A stretch of 44,266 bases of DNA from Pseudothermotoga sp. (GTDB taxonomy: Bacteria; Thermotogota; Thermotogae; Thermotogales; DSM-5069): assembly GCA_031962025.1 (NCBI GenBank), contig JAVRKW010000006.1; one strand, 5' to 3'. Below, piece after piece: positions 1-10,498 of the stretch. Within the stretch, counting starts at the first letter, position 1. Each line of letters opens with the position of its first letter. The translations under genes and the position numbers were made by a program. The notes beneath the pieces are model-generated. The model did no database searches. It saw only the letters and a program-made list of their open reading frames with translations, and was not told the origin of the DNA.

Positions 1-304
1 AATGGTACTTGACAACCAAGGGCTGTGCGTTGTTCAGGCAGTTACTGCCAGTCGTTGAGTATCTAACATGACCTATGGCTATCTTTCCACCAAGGTTTTG
101 AAGATCTTCCTCATTGAAAACCTCAGATACAAGTCCAAGCCCCTTGTGATATCTGATCGATCTGGTATCACTCACAGCTATACCCGCACTTTCCTGCCCT
201 CTGTGTTGCAGGGCAAAAAGACCGTAATAAACAGTTCTTGCTATTGATTCATCAAACTGTGAAGAGTATATGCCCAGCAATCCGCACGCTTCTTTGATCG
301 GCAT
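1..304 (-). CDS. purF: Amidophosphoribosyltransferase (5' part; runs off window edge)
   Basis: Manual translation from ATG at 304: [14 protein letters not shown]...[21 protein letters not shown], with short propeptide, catalytic Cys and [10 protein letters not shown] motif; ATG overlaps the purL TAA. Confidence 0.95.
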   Translation of the reverse strand, partial: MPIKEACGLLGIYSSQFDESIARTVYYGLFALQHRGQESAGIAVSDTRSIRYHKGLGLVSEVFNEEDLQNLGGKIAIGHVRYSTTGSNCLNNAQPLVVKYH

Positions 305-2478
305 TATCCATTCACCAGCTTTTCGAGTGAATTTTCGTATATGTTTTTGATCGTATCTACGTCGGTGTCTATGACCTTTTCTTCATTAACGCTTATCACA
401 AAATCTTTTTCAACTACTTCACCTATTAAAGTAACCTGTACACCTTCTTCACGTGAGATTTTTTCAAGAGAGCTGAGCTTTTCTCTTGAAAGACTCACGA
501 TGATCCTTGATTGATCCTCACCAAACAGTGCAAAGTCTGCTCTTGTATTTGTTTTCAAATCACAGATAACCCCCAAGCCACCCAGAATGCAGGATTGTGC
601 AAGAGATATGGCAAGACCTCCATCGGAAATGTCATGCGCTGATTTTATGATTTTTTCTCTGATCAATCTCGGGCATGCTCTGTGTAATCTTTTTTCTTCT
701 TCAAGGTCCAAGAATGGTGGTTTACCAGATTCGATCTTCAAAATATTTCTTGTGTATTCACAGGCTCTTGTTTGGACATCGCATTTTCCCAGAAGTACCA
801 CAAGGTCCCCTTTATCTTTGAAATCGGCTGTGCAAATATTCAGATCATCTATCACACCGACCATTCCTATGACAGGAGTCGGGTAGATTTTTCTGCGATG
901 GCTTTCGTTGTAAAGGCTGACATTGCCACTCACAACCGGTATGTGCAGTTTTTGCGCAGCATCGGCTATGCCCTGTATGGTTTTCTCTATCTGGTATGCA
1001 ATCTTTGGATCATCTGGATTTGCAAAGTTGAGACAGTCTGTTATACCAACCGGTTCTGCACCCGTAACGACCAGATTTCTCGCAGCCTCTGCAACACAGA
1101 TTCTTGCACCTTCGTATGGATCCAGATAGCAGTAAAAACTGTTACAGTCTGTTGTGACCGCTATTGCCTTGTTCAGACCTTTTATTCTCAGGACCGATGC
1201 ATCACCACCGGGTAGTACCACGGTATTTGTCCCTACCCTGTGATCGTATCGTTCATATACAGACCTTCTGCTGCAGATATTCTCGCTTGCAAGGAGTGCA
1301 AAAAAAGCCTGTTGTATATTTTCTACTTTCGGGAAATCTACTTCACAGCAATTGTTCCATTCAGTTGCTCTGAGCTCGACAACTGGTACCTGTTCTGTAA
1401 GGGCTTTCACCGGCAGTTGAGCAATAATTCTGCCGTTCATCTTTACTGTGAAAAGATTGTCATCTGTTATCCTGCCTATGTTCTGTGCATGAAGGTCCCA
1501 TTTTTCAAAAATCTTTTTGACTTCTTGCTCAAAACCCGGCTTGACAATGAGCAGCATTCTTTCCTGAGACTCTGAGAGAACTATTTCATAACCTGTCATT
1601 TTTTCTTCTCTCTGTGGTACGAGCGAAAGCTCTATTTCTATACCTTTATTACCCTTTGAAGCTACTTCTGAACAGGCTGAAGTAAGGCCCGCGGCACCAA
1701 GGTCCTGAACTGCCAGCACGCAATCGAGCTTGCTTGCTTCAAGACATGCTTCTATCAAAAGTTTCTCTGTGAATGGATCCCCTATCTGAACAGATGGTCT
1801 TTTCTTTTCTGATTGCTCACTGAGATTTTCCGATGCAAAACTCGCACCGTGTATGCCGTCTCTTCCCGTTGAACTGCCAACGAGCATTACCGAACTGCCA
1901 GTTTCAGTTGCCCTGGAAAACTTGATATCTTCTTTTCTGGCTATTCCAACACACATTACATTCACCAGAGGATTGTCATCGTAGCAGTTGTTGAAGTATA
2001 TCTCACCGGCGACTGTGGGAACACCTATACAATTTCCATAATGCGCAATGCCAGAGACAACACCCGAAAACAGATATTTTGTTTTTGGATCTTTCAGATC
2101 GCCAAATCTGAGCGAATCGAGTAAAGCCACCGGTCTTGCACCCATTGCGAATATGTCTCTCACAATACCGCCTATCCCAGTTGCAGCACCCTGGAATGGT
2201 TCTACGGCTGACGGATGGTTGTGACTTTCCATTTTGAAAACAACCACCAGACCGTCACCTATGTCGACCACACCTGCGTTTTCCCCAGGTCCCTGGACAA
2301 CTCTTTCACCTGTTGTTGGAAATTTTTTTAAAAGACGCTTTGTGTGTTTGTAACTGCAATGCTCTGACCACATCACCGAAAACATTCCAATTTCAACTTC
2401 GTTTGGCTCTCTGTGCAATATTTCAACTATCCTCTTGTATTCATCATCGCTGATACCAAGTTCTCTATATGAGTGCAT
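304..2478 (-). CDS. purL: Phosphoribosylformylglycinamidine synthase subunit PurL
   Basis: [17 protein letters not shown] and GAATGIGG motifs; start moved to ATG 2478 (MHSYRELG), which has a GGAGGA RBS. Confidence 0.97.
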   Translation of the reverse strand: MHSYRELGISDDEYKRIVEILHREPNEVEIGMFSVMWSEHCSYKHTKRLLKKFPTTGERVVQGPGENAGVVDIGDGLVVVFKMESHNHPSAVEPFQGAATGIGGIVRDIFAMGARPVALLDSLRFGDLKDPKTKYLFSGVVSGIAHYGNCIGVPTVAGEIYFNNCYDDNPLVNVMCVGIARKEDIKFSRATETGSSVMLVGSSTGRDGIHGASFASENLSEQSEKKRPSVQIGDPFTEKLLIEACLEASKLDCVLAVQDLGAAGLTSACSEVASKGNKGIEIELSLVPQREEKMTGYEIVLSESQERMLLIVKPGFEQEVKKIFEKWDLHAQNIGRITDDNLFTVKMNGRIIAQLPVKALTEQVPVVELRATEWNNCCEVDFPKVENIQQAFFALLASENICSRRSVYERYDHRVGTNTVVLPGGDASVLRIKGLNKAIAVTTDCNSFYCYLDPYEGARICVAEAARNLVVTGAEPVGITDCLNFANPDDPKIAYQIEKTIQGIADAAQKLHIPVVSGNVSLYNESHRRKIYPTPVIGMVGVIDDLNICTADFKDKGDLVVLLGKCDVQTRACEYTRNILKIESGKPPFLDLEEEKRLHRACPRLIREKIIKSAHDISDGGLAISLAQSCILGGLGVICDLKTNTRADFALFGEDQSRIIVSLSREKLSSLEKISREEGVQVTLIGEVVEKDFVISVNEEKVIDTDVDTIKNIYENSLEKLVNG

Positions 2479-3169
2479 GAGATTTCCTCCGTTCCAGATA
2501 AAGAGCGGTTGATTCGAAAATCCTTTTTCCATCGATTGAATTGAGAATTTTCTCAGAGCATCTTTCCGGATGCGGCATCAAACCAAGGACATTTCTGTTT
2601 TTGTTGACCACACCGGCTATGTTTTGCAAAGAACCATTTGGATTGGAATCACAACTGATTTCCCCATCTTTGCTGCAGTATCTGAATATCACCTGAGAAC
2701 TTATTTTTTCAGGATCGTCGATGAAATAATTTCCTTCCCCATGTGCAATGCTCATTCTGACGATTTCTCCAGGCTGGTACATCAGTGTGAATGGTGTCTG
2801 ATTATCTTCAACTCGAAGATAGACATCATGACAGTGAAATCTCAGATCCTTGTTTTTCATGAGTACACCGTCCAGCAAGCCGGCTTCGGTCAGTATTTGA
2901 AAACCGTTACAGATACCCAGAACAAGCACGCCTTCCTTTGCTGCCTGTGTTACGCTTTTCATAACAGGTGAAAATCTCGCTATTGCACCGGCTCTCAAAT
3001 AATCTCCATAAGAAAAACCACCCGGCAGTACAATCAGATCAAATTCGTGTGGTGAGAATTCTTCTTTGTGAAAGACATACTGACAGTCAAAGCCCACGAC
3101 ATTTTTTAAAACGTGGTAAGTATCTGAATCGCAGTTTGAACCGGGGAAAACAACGACAGCCGATCTCAT
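2465..3169 (-). CDS. purQ: FGAM synthase glutaminase subunit PurQ
   Basis: [33 protein letters not shown]. Confidence 0.97.
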   Translation of the reverse strand: MRSAVVVFPGSNCDSDTYHVLKNVVGFDCQYVFHKEEFSPHEFDLIVLPGGFSYGDYLRAGAIARFSPVMKSVTQAAKEGVLVLGICNGFQILTEAGLLDGVLMKNKDLRFHCHDVYLRVEDNQTPFTLMYQPGEIVRMSIAHGEGNYFIDDPEKISSQVIFRYCSKDGEISCDSNPNGSLQNIAGVVNKNRNVLGLMPHPERCSEKILNSIDGKRIFESTALYLERRKSHALI

Positions 3170-3420
3170 CTTACTTCCTCCACAGACAGTATGGAGTATC
3201 TTTCAACAACGGGATTTGCAAGGAGCTTTTCGCACATTTCCTTCACTCTGAGTTTGATCAGATCCTGATCATTTGAGTCAAAAAAGACCTCTATCAATTT
3301 GCCAATTCTCACGTCTTGGACTTGTGCAAATCCCAGATGATGCAGTGCCTGTTTGACTGCGTTACCCTGTGGATCAAGCACACCGTCTTTTAGAGTAATC
3401 TGAATTTTTGCTTTATACAC
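3166..3420 (-). CDS. purS: FGAM synthase subunit PurS
   Basis: VLDPQG, VRIGK and LLANPVVE motifs; 84 aa. Confidence 0.96.
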   Translation of the reverse strand: MYKAKIQITLKDGVLDPQGNAVKQALHHLGFAQVQDVRIGKLIEVFFDSNDQDLIKLRVKEMCEKLLANPVVERYSILSVEEVR

Positions 3421-3430
3421 ACGATCACTC

Positions 3431-4135
3431 CTAACTGCTCACTCTTCTGTATATTTCCCAGTAAGCTTCTTCAACATTGCCAAGATCTCTTCTGAATCTG
3501 TCTTTGTCCAGCTTCTCCTTGGTTGAGCTGTCCCAGAACCTGCAGGTATCTGGTGAGATTTCATCGGCAAGCAGTATCTGATCACCTGATCTTCCAAATT
3601 CCAGTTTGAAATCAACCAGGACTATGTTTCTGCTTTGCAGAAAATCCTTCAAAATATCATTGATTCTCAATGCCATTTGTTCGATCTTTTCAATCTCTTG
3701 CTTGGATGCTAAATTCATTGCAAGCACATGGTAGTGGTTTATCATTGGATCTCCAAGTTCATCGCTTTTGTAACAAAATTCAAGAACAGTTGTACTCAAC
3801 GGTGTTCCTTCACTCAAACCCAATCTCTTTGAAAGACTACCAGCCACGATGTTTCTGACGATAACCTCTACTGGTATTATTTTCACCGATTTGACAAGCA
3901 TCTCTCTTTCACTCAACATCCTGACAAAGTGTGTTCTGATACCGTTTTTCTCAAGTAGTTCAAAGAAGATCGATGAAATCTTGTTGTTCAGAATGCCTTT
4001 GTTTGGTATTAAACCGCGTTTTTTACCATCAAAAGCAGTTGCGTCGTCTTTATACTCGATGATTAAAAGATCCGGATTGTCAGTCTGATAGACTTTCTTT
4101 GCCTTTCCTTCATAGATCATTTGCCTTTTTTCCAT
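3431..4135 (-). CDS. purC: SAICAR synthetase
   Basis: [39 protein letters not shown]. Confidence 0.97.
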   Translation of the reverse strand: MEKRQMIYEGKAKKVYQTDNPDLLIIEYKDDATAFDGKKRGLIPNKGILNNKISSIFFELLEKNGIRTHFVRMLSEREMLVKSVKIIPVEVIVRNIVAGSLSKRLGLSEGTPLSTTVLEFCYKSDELGDPMINHYHVLAMNLASKQEIEKIEQMALRINDILKDFLQSRNIVLVDFKLEFGRSGDQILLADEISPDTCRFWDSSTKEKLDKDRFRRDLGNVEEAYWEIYRRVSS

Positions 4136-4147
4136 GGTCTCATCCTT

Positions 4148-4615
4148 TCATAAATTTTTATTTTTGTCCAAGACAGACCTTCTCAGATTTTCTCGATACT
4201 GCATGAGTCTTTCTTTGAGATTCTGATTGCTCAGAGCCAGAATTTCTACAGCGAGCAGTGCCGCATTTTTTGCTCCATCTATAGCCACCGTTGCCACGGG
4301 TATACCTGTCGGCATCTGTGAAATGGAAAGAAGCGAATCAAGACCATTTAGAGATACAGAGAGTGGTACACCGATCACCGGCAGTGTAGTCATGGATGCT
4401 ATGACTCCCGGTAAATGTGCGGCTTTACCAGCCATAGCGATGATCACCGAGAATTCTTTGTCTGCATTTTTTGCAAATTCCATTGTTTCAAGTGGGGTTC
4501 TGTGCGCAGAGAGAACAAAAACTTGGTATGAAAGTTCAAAGGATTTGAGTACTTCACAGGCTTGTTGAGCATGGTTTAGATCACTTTCACTTCCCACAAC
4601 AACCGCGACCTTCAC
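4148..4615 (-). CDS. purE: N5-CAIR mutase / AIR carboxylase PurE
   Basis: GSESD, SAHRTP, AAHLPG, GLDSLLS; GTG start at 4615 with a GGAGGTG RBS (the longer ORF-track start overlaps the riboswitch). Confidence 0.95.
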   Translation of the reverse strand: MKVAVVVGSESDLNHAQQACEVLKSFELSYQVFVLSAHRTPLETMEFAKNADKEFSVIIAMAGKAAHLPGVIASMTTLPVIGVPLSVSLNGLDSLLSISQMPTGIPVATVAIDGAKNAALLAVEILALSNQNLKERLMQYRENLRRSVLDKNKNL

Positions 4616-4633
4616 ATGAACACCTCCAGAAAT

Positions 4634-4664
4634 AAAAAAATCGGTAGCGAAAGTCTCTACCGAT
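4634..4664 (-). terminator. Riboswitch-controlled intrinsic terminator upstream of purE
   Basis: Minus strand ATCGGTAG-agactttcg-CTACCGAT followed by a U-run. Confidence 0.9.
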
Positions 4665-4674
4665 AAAAGATAAG

Positions 4675-4748
4675 GCCCTTGTAGCCAGGACAGTTTACGG
4701 CTGTCCGGTAGAGACTTCCGAGCCCTATTCTCGGAATTATACAAGGGC
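4675..4748 (-). ncRNA. Purine (guanine-sensing) riboswitch aptamer
   Basis: Minus strand GCCCUUGUA-UAA-UUCCGAG-AAUAGGG-CUCGGAA-GUCUCUAC-CGGACAG-CCGUAAA-CUGUCCUG-GC-UACAAGGGC: P1/P2/P3, conserved J2/3 and L3, C at the specificity position. Confidence 0.95.
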
Positions 4749-4863
4749 ATTTCCCCGTGGGAGGGAAATTATTCACTTGTACATCCTAATGATACCATGA
4801 AATTCATTCATGGATTTTCAAAATAGGTAAAAGTACTTTACTTTGATTTTAAAAACAAATCTC

Positions 4864-5652
4864 TTACTTTGATCTCATTACGCACACAGAAGAAGGTGTA
4901 TTCAGAGCAAGTGCAAGGCTTTCAGAAATTGAAAATTCGAGTTTTTCTCCTACAGGTCCTATAAAGCCTATTGACATATCCTGACCAATTATTATCGAAG
5001 CGTATGCATCTGATTCCTGCAGCAAAATGCCGCAGTCTTTCAAAATAGGAGCTTTGTGGATTGCTTTAACTATGGTTTTGAGATGTTCAAGTTCGGTCTG
5101 ATTTCCGCTCTCGTATCTTCTGAAAAGCAAGTTGTACCTTTCAGCAGATAAAGCCATCAAATAAGGTCCGTGAAAACCTGCTTCGTCAAGACGAGTAACT
5201 GCTTCGATAACGTTTTCAACTGCCTGTCCGACATTTTTCCATGATTTGAGCTCTACACTGAGCACACCATCTGAGTTGAGTAGCCCTTTGGAATTTATTC
5301 CTTCAAAAATCAATCTGTCCTCAATTTCAGCGCATTTTCTGGTAGCTTCGATAAGCGAAGAAAGATCAATTGAGACTGACTCTTTTTCGTAAGCAGCGAG
5401 GTCTCTTTTGGAGATTGAAAAAGTTTTGTGTATATAAGTCAACGGAAGAATTTTTGTTGAAAAAACTCCGGGTTCGATTTCAACATCTGCCAGGGATACC
5501 TGTCTTACACCAAAACCAAAGGGTCCTTTGACTGGAAGAATCTTTCTGCCTGTGAGCTGGTTTTTTGCAACTTCAACCATGGTTTTGTCAAAAAGTTCCC
5601 ACAGTTCTGATGATAAAGGTGCATCCTCTCTCATCAGGTATTTGTTTGCCAT
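4864..5652 (-). CDS. Family 1 encapsulin nanocompartment shell protein (Linocin M18/maritimacin-like)
   Basis: YLMREDAPL...QLTGRKILPVKGPFG, EDRLIFEG, GPY and IIGQDMSIGF match the T. maritima encapsulin pattern; likely ATG at 5652. Confidence 0.93.
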   Translation of the reverse strand: MANKYLMREDAPLSSELWELFDKTMVEVAKNQLTGRKILPVKGPFGFGVRQVSLADVEIEPGVFSTKILPLTYIHKTFSISKRDLAAYEKESVSIDLSSLIEATRKCAEIEDRLIFEGINSKGLLNSDGVLSVELKSWKNVGQAVENVIEAVTRLDEAGFHGPYLMALSAERYNLLFRRYESGNQTELEHLKTIVKAIHKAPILKDCGILLQESDAYASIIIGQDMSIGFIGPVGEKLEFSISESLALALNTPSSVCVMRSK

Positions 5653-5653
5653 A

Positions 5654-5995
5654 TCACTCACCATCCTTTAGAGAACCAACTGTGGGTTCTTCATCACCTA
5701 TTTGCTTAACGATGTCTTCGACTTCTTTTGCTCCCTGTGCCATAAACTGTGCCTCGTCCTTTGTGAGTATCTCTAAAAGCTTTGTAAATTCTCCAATGTG
5801 AACTCTCTCTTCTTTCGCGATTTCAGTGAGTACTTTTTTTGCCAAAGGATGATCAGTCGCATCGGCATGAGAAAGATATTGATGAACAGCCTCATGTTCT
5901 GCGGCGATATTGAGTCTGATAGCCCTTATTAATTCTGCAAGAGTTAGCTTCCTGTCAGGAACTTTCCCGCTGAATGGATTTACAAATTCTGGCAT
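5654..5995 (-). CDS. Ferritin-like protein, encapsulin cargo with C-terminal targeting peptide
   Basis: Di-iron motifs EHEAVHQY and EERVH; C-terminal PTVGSLK resembles the (L/P)TVGSL cargo-loading peptide; directly upstream of the encapsulin. Confidence 0.92.
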   Translation of the reverse strand: MPEFVNPFSGKVPDRKLTLAELIRAIRLNIAAEHEAVHQYLSHADATDHPLAKKVLTEIAKEERVHIGEFTKLLEILTKDEAQFMAQGAKEVEDIVKQIGDEEPTVGSLKDGE

Positions 5996-6099
5996 AATTC
6001 CACCTCCTAAGATTATTTTATCACTGAAGAACTAAAAGAAGACCAATTTCGCACAATAGACTTTAGTTTAAGTTATACTATTTTCACGGAGGAAAAAGC

Positions 6100-6936
6100 A
6101 TGCTGGTCAAGTTTCAGAAAAATGAGATCACCGAACATGTCGTCTATGAAACACTTGCAAAGTACGATAAATCGGAAAATTCAAAGATTTTAGCCGACAT
6201 ATCTTTTGAAGAACTCTCTCACTATGAAAAAATCCGTTCAATAACTAAAGTTGAATTAAAACCAAACTGGTTTAAGGTTTTTTGGTATGTCTTTCTTGCA
6301 AGAATTCTTGGATTGACCTTTGCGCTGAAACTGATGGAAAGAGCAGAAGAAAAGGCTCAAAAAGCCTACTCAATGGCAGAAGAAGATCTGTTGAGAGAAT
6401 TGATGGCTGATGAAAAAACTCATGAAGAAAGGCTTTTAAAACTGATAGATGAAGAGAAGCTCGATTACATAGGATCGATGGTTCTTGGATTGAACGATGC
6501 ACTTGTTGAATTAACCGGAGCCCTTGCCGGGCTCACACTGGCTATACAGAAAACGACCATCGTGGCACTTTCTGGAATAATAACCGGTATAGCTGCCGCT
6601 CTTTCCATGGCTGCATCTGATTATCTATCAAGAAAATCAGAAGACAGCGAGAAAAAACCTCTAAAATCCGCTTTTTACACGGGTATCACTTATATATTCA
6701 CCGTTTTGTTTTTGACCTTTCCATATCTTGTTTTGAAAAACCCGTTTGTTGCACTTTCTTTGACCGTGCTCAATGCAGTTTTTGTGATCTTTATTTTCAC
6801 TTTTTTCGTGGCTGTGGTAAAAGATCAAAGCTTTAGAAAGAACTTTTTAGAGATGCTATCTATAAGCATAGGAATAGCAGCGATTTCATTTTTCATAGGT
6901 CTTTTGGTCAGAAAGTTTTTCAACATTGATATTTAA
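6100..6936 (+). CDS. Ferritin/rubrerythrin-like N-domain fused to VIT1/CCC1 membrane transporter (iron export type)
   Basis: N-terminal EELSH and DEKTHE motifs; C-terminal GLNDALVE...ALSMAASDYLS VIT1 signature and hydrophobic helices; GGAGG RBS. Confidence 0.88.
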   Translation: MLVKFQKNEITEHVVYETLAKYDKSENSKILADISFEELSHYEKIRSITKVELKPNWFKVFWYVFLARILGLTFALKLMERAEEKAQKAYSMAEEDLLRELMADEKTHEERLLKLIDEEKLDYIGSMVLGLNDALVELTGALAGLTLAIQKTTIVALSGIITGIAAALSMAASDYLSRKSEDSEKKPLKSAFYTGITYIFTVLFLTFPYLVLKNPFVALSLTVLNAVFVIFIFTFFVAVVKDQSFRKNFLEMLSISIGIAAISFFIGLLVRKFFNIDI

Positions 6937-6947
6937 AATCGTGGTTT

Positions 6948-8300
6948 TTATGCATCGTGGTCTTGTCTTTGCTGGACAAAATCGAGCAGATTTTCGTAGA
7001 AAGCCTTCATTTCCTGTTCTGATAAAGTTTGTTTCGCATATCTGAGTTTCACATACGTATTTGTCATAACAGACAGATTTTCCTGCTTTTCAGCCACTTT
7101 AAGTATCTCAAACGGCGTTAAATGATGGTGTTGAGGAAAATACTTTCTTCTCAACCACCAGTAAGCACCGAGTATGAATCTCTCAGAAGGTTCGTACTCA
7201 GGAATAGATTCCAGCGGGTAGAATTCGATGTCTTGCGGTATGTTTTCATGGGATTTTTGTTCATAAGAACCTTTCTGCGGTATGTTTTTCAGTATCGAAT
7301 AAACCAGTATGAAAGTTACAAGCAAAAGGGCTGATGTGCTTATGACGTCAAGAATCGGTGTGATGTTTATTTTTGATTTTTCTGTCTGTGAGTTTTCAAC
7401 CACTATTGTTGCAGAGCTCAGCGGCTGGTAAACTTCCTGATGTTGTTCAGTGCTTTCTTGCTGGGTGATTTGTTGAAAAGTACTCTCAGACGGCTTGATG
7501 AACCTGAGAAATAAGGACAGAGAACTCATAAGAACAGTGAAAATGAGCATTCCAAACACGAACAATTTCAGCGTTCCTTTGATTCCAAAGTTGTTCAAAG
7601 AGAAGATGAATAACAAAGATCCAAAAAGTAAGAGTGTTACTGGAAACCATACTTTGTCTATGAATTCTGTCAGGAAACTTTTTTTGGAATTGTACTGTTT
7701 TTGAGATGTTCTCATTGAAAAAATTTGTCCTGTTTCTTGGTTTTGTTTTTGAATCTGCTGTTCCTGATGAGCCAAAATCGATGACAGAACGGGTTTAAGT
7801 GGCACAAAATTAATGCCGTAGAACACAGCGGCAATTATGAGAACTGATAGTACATATATTGATATGATTTTGAGATTGAACAATTTTGATTTGCTCAGAT
7901 ACCATATTCCCAGCACAGATCCGAAATACAAAAGGTCAATAACTGTTCCGTGTGGTTTTGCCAGGCTCAGATATACTCCGATGAAGATGAGAGAAGATAT
8001 GGAAATCAGACCATTTGAGGCAAATGTCAGAACAAGTGCTGTTGCCAGCAAAGCGAACATTATCGAGCTCAAAAACTCGATTTTGATAATACCAGCCAGT
8101 ATGAAACTGGTGAGCAAAATGACTGGAAAGATGAAGACCATTGAACAGCCCAGGTCCCAACTTAGAAGAATAAATGCCAGCAGCGTCAAACCGACAAATA
8201 CCAAAGTTGCCCAGACTGGCATAGATGAGCTGAACAGGTAAAAACTCACCAATGAGAGTAAAACAATGGTCAAAAGTCTTTCAATAGCCCTGGATTTCAT
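6948..8300 (-). CDS. Polytopic membrane protein, DUF4129-like C-terminus (typical MoxR/DUF58 operon partner)
   Basis: About 9 hydrophobic segments; C-terminal AYWWLRR...TPFE...YVKLRYA; ATG 8300 with GAGGT RBS. Confidence 0.7.
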   Translation of the reverse strand: MKSRAIERLLTIVLLSLVSFYLFSSSMPVWATLVFVGLTLLAFILLSWDLGCSMVFIFPVILLTSFILAGIIKIEFLSSIMFALLATALVLTFASNGLISISSLIFIGVYLSLAKPHGTVIDLLYFGSVLGIWYLSKSKLFNLKIISIYVLSVLIIAAVFYGINFVPLKPVLSSILAHQEQQIQKQNQETGQIFSMRTSQKQYNSKKSFLTEFIDKVWFPVTLLLFGSLLFIFSLNNFGIKGTLKLFVFGMLIFTVLMSSLSLFLRFIKPSESTFQQITQQESTEQHQEVYQPLSSATIVVENSQTEKSKINITPILDVISTSALLLVTFILVYSILKNIPQKGSYEQKSHENIPQDIEFYPLESIPEYEPSERFILGAYWWLRRKYFPQHHHLTPFEILKVAEKQENLSVMTNTYVKLRYAKQTLSEQEMKAFYENLLDFVQQRQDHDA

Positions 8301-9561
8301 CAAATACCTCCTGCAATGTTTGATTTGGTCTGACTATCCTGACGATTATTTGTTCTCTTTCAAGTGATTTTGCTTTTTGATTCAGTTTTTGCATATCCAG
8401 CGGGTACATTTCGTATGTTTTTGAAGGTTTATACCTTGGATCTCTAAAACCGTATGGAATCAAAAGCACGATCACCCGTGAAACTTTTGCTCTGGCACTT
8501 ATGAGCAGTGGAAGAAGTGAATCGGTCAGGTACATGGATATTATCACCAATGTGTTAGATGGATTCAATCTGTACAGATTTTTTGCCAGTTCATCGGCAA
8601 GCTGTGGTCCGTTATCATCACCCTCTGCCATTGCAAGAAGTTCCACAGCACTGACCCAATCGGATGTGGAACCGTAATTTCTTTTCAAGATTTCCTTTGC
8701 CACGACAACGATGTCTACACGATTTCCGTGGTTTGTCAGCCAGTAAATGATGGATGATGCTGCAAGCACCGCTTCTTCCTCGTAATTTTTCCTTATTTGT
8801 GCCCAGACATTTTTTGCAAATATATCCTTTGAGAGATTCAAATCCAGATAAACAACGGTGTTGCTTACAGCGGTGAAATCGAGTTCTTTCACGTACAGCG
8901 CGCCCAGTTTGGCAGATATTTTCCAGTGGACTTTGTTCAATGGTTCACTGGAATATTCTCTGACACCTTTTATCTGAGTCGCATCTTCGAGTAATTTGAA
9001 ATCTGATCTGGTTCCTACAAGAAGTTCTCTCAATCTGGAAGGAAAAAATTCCAGATTCATTATCTTTGGCAGAACGAGTATTTCCTGCTCGGCAGAGTAG
9101 TACGCCCAGTGTTTGAAAAAGCCAAGTGGATGTTCATAGACTATTAAAAAATCACCGAGAATTTTCCTGCCTCTGGTTGAAAATGACGTCTTAGCCTGCA
9201 GAACAACTGGCTGAGATTTTTTTATAAATACATACTGGTCTAAAAGGTTGTAAGTCAAAAGTCCGGCTACTTTTATCTGTGATAGAACGTTTATGCCAAA
9301 ACTTCCATAAGAGTTGCATAATCTGTGGTAGATCGTCACATCTTCATTTGTGAAAGTTCGTGTTCGATTAGTCCATCTTTCGATATCGAACTTTCCCATC
9401 ATCTTTTTCGTGGATAGGTAGTTGAACCATAAAAATCCACAGCAGATACACACAAGCACTGAAAAACCATTGAAATTTACTAAAAGCCAGAGTAAAGATA
9501 GCGCTGTGATCAAAGAGAGCATGTGGTTGGAAGAGCTTATTTTTCGCAATTCAAGTTTCAC
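8281..9561 (-). CDS. DUF58 (vWA-like) domain protein
   Basis: N-terminal TM segments; HPLGFF, VLPKI, GVREY, VHWKISAK and LYVKE motifs; follows MoxR. Confidence 0.9.
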   Translation of the reverse strand: MKLELRKISSSNHMLSLITALSLLWLLVNFNGFSVLVCICCGFLWFNYLSTKKMMGKFDIERWTNRTRTFTNEDVTIYHRLCNSYGSFGINVLSQIKVAGLLTYNLLDQYVFIKKSQPVVLQAKTSFSTRGRKILGDFLIVYEHPLGFFKHWAYYSAEQEILVLPKIMNLEFFPSRLRELLVGTRSDFKLLEDATQIKGVREYSSEPLNKVHWKISAKLGALYVKELDFTAVSNTVVYLDLNLSKDIFAKNVWAQIRKNYEEEAVLAASSIIYWLTNHGNRVDIVVVAKEILKRNYGSTSDWVSAVELLAMAEGDDNGPQLADELAKNLYRLNPSNTLVIISMYLTDSLLPLLISARAKVSRVIVLLIPYGFRDPRYKPSKTYEMYPLDMQKLNQKAKSLEREQIIVRIVRPNQTLQEVFDEIQGY

Positions 9562-10498
9562 TTTTTATTGGTGCCTCCTCCATTTGAAGAATCTGGTTTA
9601 GTATTTCCTGCTTGGTTTTTCTCATGAGTCTTGCTTCGGGTTTCAGAATTATTCTGTGTGCCAGTGTGTCTATTGCTATTTCTTTGACATCATCCGGCAG
9701 GACGTACTCTCTTCCTCTCAAACCAGCCAGGGCTTTGGAAACTTCCATGAGTGCAATGGCACCTCTTGAACTCGATCCAAGTGCTATATCTTCGTGTTCT
9801 CTCGTTCTTGAAACGATCCTTATTATGTAGTCCAGTATGGAATCATCGATGTAAATCTGTTTGACAGCCTGCTTTGCCTGGTCCAATTCCTGGCTGTCGC
9901 AGACGGGCTTGAGTGAATCTATTGGATGGGTTTTTTCGAGCCTGCGTAGCATTTCCATTTCGCTCTCTTTGCTCAGATAGCCAATCGATACACAGATTGC
10001 AAATCTGTCAAGCTGAGCTTCAGGAAGTGGAAAAGTCCCTTCGAATTCCACAGGGTTCTGTGTGGCTATTACGAAAAAGTGCCTGCTCAGCGGATATGTG
10101 ATTCCATCAACTGTTACCTGCCTTTCTGCCATGGCTTGTAACAGTGCAGATTGTGTTCTTGGAGTCGCACGGTTTATTTCATCTGCAAGAAGAATATCGG
10201 TGAAGACAGGACCTTTTTTGAAAACGAATTCATTGTGTTTTGTGTCCAGGATATTCAAGCCCGTTATGTCCGATGGTAGTAGATCTGGTGTGCATTGGAT
10301 TCTGTTGAAATCCAAACCGACGGAAATTGAAAGTGCTCTGGCGAGCATGGTTTTACCAACACCGGGCACGTCGTTTAAAAGCACGTGACCGTCACTCAGC
10401 ATGGAAGCCAGTATCTTTTCCACGACGGTTTCTTTCGCAACGATCACTTTTGAGACATTCTCTATTATTTTTCTTGCAAATTCTTCCAGAGTCGCCAT
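9551..10498 (-). CDS. MoxR-family AAA+ ATPase
   Basis: GHVLL.DVPGVGKT, RIQCTPDLLPSD, ADEINRATPRTQSALL, ATQNP, PLPEAQLDRF. Confidence 0.96.
   Translation of the reverse strand: MATLEEFARKIIENVSKVIVAKETVVEKILASMLSDGHVLLNDVPGVGKTMLARALSISVGLDFNRIQCTPDLLPSDITGLNILDTKHNEFVFKKGPVFTDILLADEINRATPRTQSALLQAMAERQVTVDGITYPLSRHFFVIATQNPVEFEGTFPLPEAQLDRFAICVSIGYLSKESEMEMLRRLEKTHPIDSLKPVCDSQELDQAKQAVKQIYIDDSILDYIIRIVSRTREHEDIALGSSSRGAIALMEVSKALAGLRGREYVLPDDVKEIAIDTLAHRIILKPEARLMRKTKQEILNQILQMEEAPIKSET

Noticed and set aside
4616..4750. ORF-track N-terminal extension of purE
   Set aside because: It overlaps the riboswitch and terminator; the real start is GTG 4615 with an RBS
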